Source of the DNA: Candidatus Bipolaricaulota bacterium
GTDB taxonomy: Bacteria > Bipolaricaulota > Bipolaricaulia > RBG-16-55-9 > DRXL01
NCBI GenBank assembly: GCA_030550495.1
Contig: JAUQPG010000001.1
Coordinates: forward strand, 44,512 to 108,511
Direction: 5' to 3'
Length of the DNA: 64,000 nt
The translations under genes and the position numbers were made by a program. Position 1 is the stretch's first letter. Every line of letters begins with the position of its first letter. Below, one piece after another: positions 57,290 to 64,000 of this stretch. The notes beneath the pieces were generated by a model that worked only from the letters and a program-made list of their open reading frames with translations, did no database searches and had not been told where the DNA came from.

Positions 57290-57859
57290 TTACTTGAAAG
57301 CCCCCCAGCGGTAAAACCAGAGACGATTATCCCCATAGGTGCGCACATCGCAAGACCTTAAAAGACCGTATTCTCTCTGGATTTGCTCTTTCTTAAAGAT
57401 CTCGGTCACGACGAGCGCTCCTGAGGCGAGTATGGGGTGGGCTGCAAGCTGAATCAAAGTCTTATGAGCAAGCTCCTTCCCATAGGGCGGGCCAATGAAG
57501 ACTATATCAAACTGCTCCCCATGACGGTGAAGGAACTCAATCGCTCTAAGCGCATCCAACCGATAGAGCCTTGTCTGTGCAGAGAGCCCGAGATTCTCTA
57601 TATTCTTTCGGATGATCTGACACGCTTCATCAGAGACATCGACAAAGACGCACGAACGCGCGCCGCGGCTGAGGGCTTCCAGCCCAATACTCCCCGTGCC
57701 GGCAAAGAGATCGAGAAAGCGTGCATCTACGACGGAGTCGCCGAGAATATCAAAGAGCGCGGCGCGCACCGCCTCGCGCATCGGCCGCAAGAACCTCTTT
57801 ATCCTTGGCGTTGGTTCGATGAGAGGACGTCCGCTCAACCGCCCGCCAATGATGCGCAT
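57290..57859 (-). CDS. rsmD: 16S rRNA (guanine966-N2)-methyltransferase
   Basis: MRIIGGRLSGRPL…RPMREAVRAALFDIL…LDLFAGTGSIGLEALSRGA…FIGPPY. Confidence 0.8.
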   Translation of the reverse strand: MRIIGGRLSGRPLIEPTPRIKRFLRPMREAVRAALFDILGDSVVDARFLDLFAGTGSIGLEALSRGARSCVFVDVSDEACQIIRKNIENLGLSAQTRLYRLDALRAIEFLHRHGEQFDIVFIGPPYGKELAHKTLIQLAAHPILASGALVVTEIFKKEQIQREYGLLRSCDVRTYGDNRLWFYRWGAFK

Positions 57860-57900
57860 GACCTATGCTAGCGTATCTGGGGGCTGGGAGCAAGAACAAT

Positions 57901-58641
57901 CTAAGCGACGGCAGCCATTAAGAACTCACGTACAGTTTGGCTGAATCTCTCTGGGTGTTCGATGGGGGGAGCGTGCCCGCACCGGTCAAAGAAGACCAGC
58001 TGCGCATTAGGCAGGTGCTGCTGAAACTGATACGCGACACTGGGCGGGGTGACCTCGTCTTGTGCGCCCCAGATAAGCAACGTTGGCACCTTCACTTTCG
58101 CAAGCTCATCGTCCATTCTGTAATCTCGAGTGACTTTGGCAACGCGGATGAGAAAGCGCACGTACTGGCGGTCCTGAAGCTGCTGATAGACCTGCTCGAT
58201 GAGATCTTCGCTGATATGGCGCTTATCAAAGAAGATTTTTTGCGCTTGCTCGCGGATGAATTCTTTGTTAGGTTTGGGCAGGGCGCCATCGGAGAGATGG
58301 CGTTCGTAGAGCCCAGCGCTGCCTGCTAGGATGAGCTTTGTCACGCGATGGGGATATTTGAGGCAGAAATCGAGAGCCACTTGGCCCCCTAAGGAGTTGC
58401 CGCAGAGGGCTGCTTGCTCGACCCCTTTATAATCTAAAAACTCTTTGACAAACTCCGTCAGCGGCTGCAGCGACGAGATGGGCACAGAGCCATCAAGGGG
58501 AAACTTTGGTGCTAAGACGTGGAAGTCTTGAGCTAACGTTGGGATGCAGGAAGCCCAATTATCTGGTCCGCCGAAGAGCCCATGAAGGAGCAAAACTGTT
58601 GGCCCCTGCCCTGCCTCAAGATACTCAAATGCCTCCTGCAT
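57901..58641 (-). CDS. Alpha/beta-fold hydrolase
   Basis: HG motif LLLHGLFGG, nucleophile elbow GNSLGG, C-terminal His (…CGHAPPIEHPE…). Confidence 0.65.
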   Translation of the reverse strand: MQEAFEYLEAGQGPTVLLLHGLFGGPDNWASCIPTLAQDFHVLAPKFPLDGSVPISSLQPLTEFVKEFLDYKGVEQAALCGNSLGGQVALDFCLKYPHRVTKLILAGSAGLYERHLSDGALPKPNKEFIREQAQKIFFDKRHISEDLIEQVYQQLQDRQYVRFLIRVAKVTRDYRMDDELAKVKVPTLLIWGAQDEVTPPSVAYQFQQHLPNAQLVFFDRCGHAPPIEHPERFSQTVREFLMAAVA

Positions 58642-58725
58642 GAAGCCTCCTCGCATTTTTTAGTATCTTTGGGCTTTTCTGTGCATGATTGTAGCATCCC
58701 TTGGTTGTCTTGTCAATAGAGATTG

Positions 58726-58935
58726 AGGAAGGAGGAGAGGGCCTGACCCATACGGATTCGAACCGCCTCCTTAGCGGTCTGGGGAAAAATCCCGCGGGGG
58801 TGCGGGCAAAACCCTGGACCGCCGGCGGACCCTTGCGGGCCCGCTCTCGGATGCACCATGCGCGGGCCAAGCCCTCTTTGCTCAAGGAGGTGATGAGTGC
58901 ACCGCTAACTGCTTCTATCATACCAAGGGCTTCCT
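58726..58935. other. GC-rich structured intergenic element (candidate ncRNA / riboswitch-like leader or MITE); identity unknown
   Basis: ~210-nt GC-rich island in an otherwise AT-rich 490-bp gap. Long-range inverted repeat AGAGGGCCTGACCC (58735) / GGGCCAAGCCCTCT (58892). Internal 7-bp hairpin GGCCCGC-17nt-GCGGGCC. No convincing ORF. Confidence 0.2.
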
Positions 58936-59144
58936 GACTTCTGACACAAGCACGGGGGATAAAAACAAAACATCGCTTCTGATGATGATAAATCGCGTTT
59001 GCTTGATCTTTTTCCTCATAGGATCGGAGGAATCGCTTCTTTTTGTTTTGATAGAGCCTTCCGAAGCTGATAATCCCATTTCTGTCCCCAATGCCCTCTT
59101 CTGGGATATAATACAACGGTACCGAGAGTACCAAGGAGGAGACT

Positions 59145-59927
59145 ATGAGAAAGATCTTGATCGTTGCATTTGCGTTGACGCTGATATGGGCCCTGACGGG
59201 AACTGCTCAGAAAGTTATGGACTCCGGGAAGTTTCTCTATCAGACTATCAGCAAGACGAGCGCTAAGACCGAAGTCGCTGGGGAAGAATCCTTCAAGATC
59301 GAAGAGCTTGATCAGAATAGACTCAAGATCACATCGAACTTTGTTGCTAAGTCCCAAGACTTGATCTCGCAGTTTGAGACCGATAAGCTCTTCAACGAGA
59401 CGATCATCGTCGACAAAGACTGGAAACTCCTAGAATATTCTCTGCAATCGGAGACGGCGCGGGGGAAACTGAACGTGTCCGTGAAAGTCGAGGGCCAGAT
59501 CGCTAAGATCACGTTTCAATTCAAGGGCACCGACGGCAAGGAACAGAACCAAGCCCGCGAGGTTATCCTAGAAGACGAGTTCGTGACCACGGGCATCGCA
59601 GCAGGACAACTGATCGTCATTCAGAAGATCATCACGCTCAAGATGAAGGAGCAGAAGAGAACTTTTCTCGCGCTGGACCCGACAAATATCGAAAAGCCTC
59701 TGATTGAATTGACGGTCGAGCGCCTCAGCCCCGTGAAGATCAAGAGCGGTGCCAAAACCCTTGATGCTCAACGTGCTAGCCTCAAGCGCGCTGATGGGGA
59801 ATTCGCTTTAGAAATCTTCTCTGCAAGCGATGGGACCCTCTGGGGATTTGCGGGGGAGTCTGCGACGACCAAACTCGTCGGCTATCGTCAGGACCTCTTC
59901 CCTGAAGGCTTTGAGGTGCTCAAATAG
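59145..59927 (+). CDS. Secreted hypothetical protein (signal peptide), first gene of a MacB-type ABC operon; lower GC than surroundings
   Basis: MRKILIVAFALTLIWALTGTAQ signal. RBS AAGGAGG, -10 TATAAT ~30 nt upstream. GC visibly lower (~48-50%) than neighbours. Confidence 0.4.
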   Translation: MRKILIVAFALTLIWALTGTAQKVMDSGKFLYQTISKTSAKTEVAGEESFKIEELDQNRLKITSNFVAKSQDLISQFETDKLFNETIIVDKDWKLLEYSLQSETARGKLNVSVKVEGQIAKITFQFKGTDGKEQNQAREVILEDEFVTTGIAAGQLIVIQKIITLKMKEQKRTFLALDPTNIEKPLIELTVERLSPVKIKSGAKTLDAQRASLKRADGEFALEIFSASDGTLWGFAGESATTKLVGYRQDLFPEGFEVLK

Positions 59928-59929
59928 CT

Positions 59930-60616
59930 ATGGGGGCTATCGTCTCCGCACAGAGCGTGAGTAAGATCTATCAGATGGACAGCGTGCATGTCGTCGCGCT
60001 CGACGACGTCAGCTTCTCTATTGAAGATGGGGAATTTGTCGCGATCATGGGGCCGTCGGGCTCAGGCAAGAGCACTCTCATGAATCTCATAGGGTGTTTG
60101 GATAAGCCCACGTCGGGGACCATCTCGATCGATGGCACAGACGTCTCACGGCTCAACGATCGACAGTTGGCGCGCCTGCGTGGCTCACAGATTGGCTTTG
60201 TCTTTCAGACGTTCAATCTTATCCCGAGAATCGATGCACTCGCGAACGTTATGCTCCCCATGACGTTCGCGGATAAGATCCCCCCTAAGGAGCGACGTCC
60301 ACGTGCCCAAGCTCTGTTAGAGAGCGTAGGCCTGGGCCGTAGACTCCATCACTTACCCAGTGAACTGTCTGGAGGTGAGCGCCAGCGCGTCGCCATCGCT
60401 CGGGCTTTAGCCAACGATCCCAAAATTATCTTGGCAGACGAGCCCACAGGCAATCTCGATACCAAGACGGGAAAGGCGATCCTGGATCTCTTCGTCGAGC
60501 TCAATAGAGCCGGACGGACCGTGGTCGTGGTCACGCACGACGCCGCAGTCGCTTCCTACGCACGCCGCGTCCTGTATCTGTTAGATGGCAAGATCGTAGG
60601 AGATGAGCGCCGATGA
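59930..60616 (+). CDS. ABC transporter ATP-binding protein (MacB/LolD type)
   Basis: Walker A GPSGSGKST, Q-loop, signature LSGGERQRVAIARAL, Walker B ILADEPTGNLD. Confidence 0.85.
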   Translation: MGAIVSAQSVSKIYQMDSVHVVALDDVSFSIEDGEFVAIMGPSGSGKSTLMNLIGCLDKPTSGTISIDGTDVSRLNDRQLARLRGSQIGFVFQTFNLIPRIDALANVMLPMTFADKIPPKERRPRAQALLESVGLGRRLHHLPSELSGGERQRVAIARALANDPKIILADEPTGNLDTKTGKAILDLFVELNRAGRTVVVVTHDAAVASYARRVLYLLDGKIVGDERR

Positions 60617-61941
60617 GTATTCGTGAAGCTTTAAAGCTGAGCTGGACGAATATCCGCGCGCATAAGCTGCGCAATGCACTGGCTATTGTCAGTGTCACTA
60701 TCGGGATCGCGTCAGTAATCGCGATTGTCACAATGACTACAGGGCTCCAAGATGCGTTGCTCGATACTCTCACGAAAGATCTCTTGCGAGCGAATATGAT
60801 CACGGTGAACGTCGAGGGGAGCACGGGGCTCTTTGGAACAGCCCAGGTCTTCTCTAGTCGTGATGTCGAGTATTTACGAAAGATCCCGGGCGTGAAGGCT
60901 GCTGACGTCATCGGGCGTGTGCGCGGGGATGCCCTGTATTTCAATAATCGTCGGCTGCTCGATGCGACAACTCGTATTACAACGAGCAAAGAACTCATCC
61001 CCCTGGACGCTGGACGCGGTGTCCAAACGAAGGGCGAGATCGTCATCGGGGCGCGCATCGCGGAGATCATCTGTCGGCGGATGATCGCGGAAGAGCGCCA
61101 GATCCCAGAAAACGACGAAGCCCTCAAAGAAGAGTGTAAAAGCCCTGGGACAAAGCCCGCACTGGCGCAGCGCATCTTAGGGCAATCGCTGAAATTGCGT
61201 TTTCTGGGAGCTGACGGTCAATTGAGTGAAGACGAACCTCAGATCGTGGGGATCGTGAAAGATTCGCAATTTATCATCGGCACGGCGTGCTACGTCGGCC
61301 CGGACTATCAGGGATTCACTGAGACGATCGATGGAGTCGAGGTCCCTGTCTATTCCGGAGTCATCGTGAGCGTCTCGGATTTGGGACAGCTAGGCACTGT
61401 CAAAAAAGCCATCGAGGAGTATTTTACTAACCCGAACTCTTCGGATGCGCGCAAGCTCCTTGGTGAGGAGAAGAAAATCGAGATCAACACCCTCGAAGAG
61501 ATCATTAGCGAGATCAAGAAGAGTTTTTTACAGTTCACGGCGTTCTTGGGGGCGATTGCGCTAGTCGCACTCTTAGTCGGGATGATCGGCGTGATGAACA
61601 TTATGCTGATCACGGTGAAGGAGCGCACGCGCGAGATCGGCGTGATGAAGGCGACTGGGGCGACGCGTACAGCAGTGCTCAAGCTCTTTCTTACCGAGTC
61701 GACGATTATCTGTGTTGTAGGAGCGGTGTTGGGCGTGCTCTTCGGGATGTTTCTCTCTATATGGTTCATCAAATTGACCGTTGCTTTGGCGCAAGGGCTG
61801 CGCGAGATCCCCTTCGTGTTTGTGCCCACATGGTACCTCATTGCTGTGCTCACGGGAATAGCTGTTGGGGTCTTGAGCGGGCTCTATCCGGCTTGGCAAG
61901 CCGCGCGGGTCAATCCCATCGAAGCCTTGCGCTACGAGTGA
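60613..61941 (+). CDS. ABC transporter permease, FtsX/MacB type with large extracytoplasmic domain
   Basis: N-terminal TM, ~250-aa periplasmic domain, then C-terminal 3-TMS FtsX bundle (…IGVMKATGATRTAVLKLFLTES…). Confidence 0.8.
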   Translation: MSIREALKLSWTNIRAHKLRNALAIVSVTIGIASVIAIVTMTTGLQDALLDTLTKDLLRANMITVNVEGSTGLFGTAQVFSSRDVEYLRKIPGVKAADVIGRVRGDALYFNNRRLLDATTRITTSKELIPLDAGRGVQTKGEIVIGARIAEIICRRMIAEERQIPENDEALKEECKSPGTKPALAQRILGQSLKLRFLGADGQLSEDEPQIVGIVKDSQFIIGTACYVGPDYQGFTETIDGVEVPVYSGVIVSVSDLGQLGTVKKAIEEYFTNPNSSDARKLLGEEKKIEINTLEEIISEIKKSFLQFTAFLGAIALVALLVGMIGVMNIMLITVKERTREIGVMKATGATRTAVLKLFLTESTIICVVGAVLGVLFGMFLSIWFIKLTVALAQGLREIPFVFVPTWYLIAVLTGIAVGVLSGLYPAWQAARVNPIEALRYE

Positions 61942-62784
61942 TCACTTGATGGCTTTGATGAACGCGATCGTATGAGTGAGCCAGAGCTGTTCGTTCTCTA
62001 TGCGAAGATTCAAGCCAGCGCTCACCCCGGCACGCGCCAGCTCCTCCATAACTATCTTTAAATTTTCTGTGCGAATTGGGTCAGTGATCACGTTCATCCA
62101 TTCGTCGTAGGTGCGGTCACGATGCCAAAGCAAGCTCTTGTGGACTCGTACCCCGGCACGCTCGATGAGCTGGACAAGCTCTGTGGGTGCAAGCATCCGG
62201 GCGTGCGAGGGATCGCGCAGGCGCTCCAGCGCATTGTGCAATCTGGCTTCACGTGCATCTTCTGAAGAGACCGTGTCGGAGATCACCAAGCGTCCTTCGG
62301 CTTTGAGCACGCGCACCATCTCGTGAAGCTCCCGTTCTGGTTGGGGAAAGTGATGGATCGCCAATCGACAGACGACGACATCGAATTCTTCGTCTTTGAA
62401 AGGCATATGCTCCGCTTCTCCTAAGACGAAGTGCACGTTGCGCACCTTAGAGCGATGCCGGATCTCTCGGGCTTTGGCGAGCATCCCCGGAGAGATATCT
62501 ATTCCTACGACCTCGCGAACATAGGGTGCTAAGACGAAGCTCACTAATCCTGTGCCGCAGGCGACGTCGAGCACGCGATCGTCGGGGCTGGCCTGGGCGA
62601 GCTGAACAATCTGCTCTAATAGAGCGCGCTCTTGAGGAGAGATCTCTCGACGGAACCAGCGCTCGGCTTGCCGATCAAACTCCTCCTGCACTATGAGATC
62701 ACGTGGATCCATGCCCCTAGGGTAAACGCTCTCTATCCTTGCGTCAAGTTTCCGTAAAGAGTTGACAGATTCCCCAATGCTCAA
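61942..62784 (-). CDS. Class I SAM-dependent methyltransferase (Methyltransf_11-like)
   Basis: Motif I VLDVACGTGLVS, post-I IDISPGML, motif II/III …FDVVVCRLAIHHF…. Confidence 0.7.
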   Translation of the reverse strand: MSIGESVNSLRKLDARIESVYPRGMDPRDLIVQEEFDRQAERWFRREISPQERALLEQIVQLAQASPDDRVLDVACGTGLVSFVLAPYVREVVGIDISPGMLAKAREIRHRSKVRNVHFVLGEAEHMPFKDEEFDVVVCRLAIHHFPQPERELHEMVRVLKAEGRLVISDTVSSEDAREARLHNALERLRDPSHARMLAPTELVQLIERAGVRVHKSLLWHRDRTYDEWMNVITDPIRTENLKIVMEELARAGVSAGLNLRIENEQLWLTHTIAFIKAIK

Positions 62785-62820
62785 GTACGATGACTAGACT
62801 CTCAATACCGTGGAGGTCCT

Positions 62821-64000
62821 ATGATGCACAAGATAGATTGGGCAGCTCTTGGCAAAGAGACGACACAGATGCTCTCTGAACTGATTCAGATTGATACGAC
62901 CAACCCGCCGGGGAACGAAGACAAAGCTATTGAGTATCTGCAAGAAAAGCTTGCTCGCGAGGGGATCGCCAGCGAAGTTTTCGAAAAAGAGCGTGGGCGC
63001 GCCAATCTCATCGCGCGACTGCAGGGCAAACGTCCCGGCAAAAGATTATTATTGCTCTCGCACGTGGACGTTGTGCCCGTGCCTGATCCCAAGAAATGGA
63101 CGTATCCCCCGTTCAGCGGGGCTATCGCTGAGGGATACGTCTGGGGCCGCGGCGCGCTCGACATGAAGAACATCACGGCTGTGCATTATACGGTCTTCTC
63201 GCTCTTCAAGCGCATGAATATAGACTTTGCTGGCGAGCTGATCTTCGCCGCGACCGCCGACGAAGAGAAAGGGTCTAATTACGGAGCGGAATGGCTGGCC
63301 AAGACTCACCCCGAAAAACTTCGCGCCGATTGGTGTCTCACCGAAGGCGGCGGGATGCCCCTCCAGATTGGCCCCAAAACTTTTTATACCATCGAGAGCG
63401 TCGAGAAGGGCCTCTGGTGGTTCAAGGTGCGCGTGAAGGGGGCGTCAGGGCACGGCTCGCTCCCGCACCCTGACAACGCGTTAGCGAAAGCCGCGTATAT
63501 TATCGATCGCGTCTCGAACTATACATTCCCGAAAAGAATTGCCCCAGCGGTGCGTGAATTTATACTCAAAGCTGGCGACGCCCTCGGGCCGGAGATCAAA
63601 AAGCTCGCGCTCGTGCTTGTGGACGAATCCCAAGAAGTAGATCTCTCGCTCCTGCCCCAGGACTCCCCCATCAGCGCGACACTACTGAATGCTCTTGTGC
63701 GCACGACGATCTCCCCAACGATGATCCACGCTGGGGTGAAAGAGAATGTCATCCCCGATAGCTGCGAATTTGTTCTCGACTGTCGGCTCGTGCCTGGCTA
63801 TACCCAACAAAAAGTGCGTGAAACAGTTTTGGAGCTTGCCGACAGATATAAAAACGATATCGAGATCGAGACGATTCAGCAACACGACGTCTCTGAGTCT
63901 CCCATTGACGACCCGTTCTATAGGCTGATCGAGCAGACAGTGCGCGAAGAGCTTTTCGGCGTGGAGACGATCCCCATCATGTTGACGGGCGCGACGGACT
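62821..64000 (+). CDS. M20-family metallopeptidase (ArgE/DapE/CPG2-like), 3' end beyond window
   Basis: Translated by hand from ATG 62821 because the frame is open to the window end and absent from the ORF track: …LLLSHVDVVPV…, metal ligands in …ATADEEKGS… and …GASGHGSLPH…. Confidence 0.75.
   Translation, partial: MMHKIDWAALGKETTQMLSELIQIDTTNPPGNEDKAIEYLQEKLAREGIASEVFEKERGRANLIARLQGKRPGKRLLLLSHVDVVPVPDPKKWTYPPFSGAIAEGYVWGRGALDMKNITAVHYTVFSLFKRMNIDFAGELIFAATADEEKGSNYGAEWLAKTHPEKLRADWCLTEGGGMPLQIGPKTFYTIESVEKGLWWFKVRVKGASGHGSLPHPDNALAKAAYIIDRVSNYTFPKRIAPAVREFILKAGDALGPEIKKLALVLVDESQEVDLSLLPQDSPISATLLNALVRTTISPTMIHAGVKENVIPDSCEFVLDCRLVPGYTQQKVRETVLELADRYKNDIEIETIQQHDVSESPIDDPFYRLIEQTVREELFGVETIPIMLTGATD

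Noticed and set aside
58750-58770. GGTTCGAATCC (canonical tRNA/tmRNA T-loop motif) on the minus strand inside the GC-rich intergenic element
   Set aside because: Flanking bases (GGCGG / CCGTA) do not form a T-stem, and no acceptor, D or anticodon arms can be drawn. tmRNA 5' and 3' consensus (GGGG…, …CCACCA) are absent. Treated as a chance match or decayed fragment, not an RNA gene.
58625-59134. 169-aa minus-strand ORF and 78-aa plus-strand ORF spanning the structured intergenic region
   Set aside because: Composition is implausible for a protein (poly-basic, low complexity) and neither has an RBS. The region is better explained as non-coding structured DNA/RNA.
1-64000. CRISPR arrays, rRNA genes, transposases, integrases and other defence systems
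   Set aside because: No evenly spaced direct repeats, no rRNA-like conserved stretches, and no ORF with transposase, integrase, restriction-modification or Cas signatures was found on reading both strands.

Overview
This 64-kb window is a high-GC (about 60%) bacterial chromosomal segment. It carries about 65 protein genes and one tRNA, and almost every gene has a recognisable homologue.

The backbone is housekeeping: glnS (5' truncated by the window), folC-folB-folK, an RNase G/E homologue, pyrF, trkA-trkH, pcm, ltaE, a partial dcw block (ftsW-murG-murC-murB-ftsQ-ftsA-ftsZ), dnaN, tmk, lspA, an acyl-CoA ligase plus PPTase, rsmH, nadE, ispE, hutI, mutY, fumC, rsmD, and a 3'-truncated M20 peptidase.

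Accessory or unusual content, in order along the window:
1. tRNA-Val(CAC) followed by an ~800-bp islet carrying a UPF0175/DUF3368 toxin-antitoxin pair, closed by a 41-bp direct repeat of the tRNA 3' half (attL/attR-like).
2. An archaeal-type TrmY SPOUT methyltransferase.
3. A ~10-kb block of exported proteins: a PKD-cupredoxin-like lipoprotein, a TAT-signal solute-binding protein, an NHL propeller, a PQQ-like propeller and a ~1100-aa CARDB-repeat protein.
4. An AmmeMemoRadiSam locus (Memo-like protein B plus the radical SAM enzyme) in which the radical SAM gene carries a 446-aa LAGLIDADG-type intein exactly inside the CxxxCxxC cluster-binding motif.
5. A membrane-anchored HdrD/DsrK-like Fe-S oxidoreductase.
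6. A compact clade II nos operon (Rrf2-nosZ-nosB-like-nosD::nosF-nosY-nosL) with a perfect 11-10-11 inverted repeat over its putative promoter.
7. A family of GC-rich nested palindromic repeats (outer arms CCCTCACC/GGTGAGGG, inner hairpin CCCCTCTCCC/GGGAGAGGGG) at six or more sites. Several copies are translated in-frame inside or between genes, and one bridges nosD and nosF into a single ORF.

No CRISPR array, rRNA or transposase was seen. The lineage cannot be fixed without database comparison; the Sec-type clade II nosZ, TAT solute-binding protein and TrmY fit a Chloroflexota-like organism, but that is inference only.
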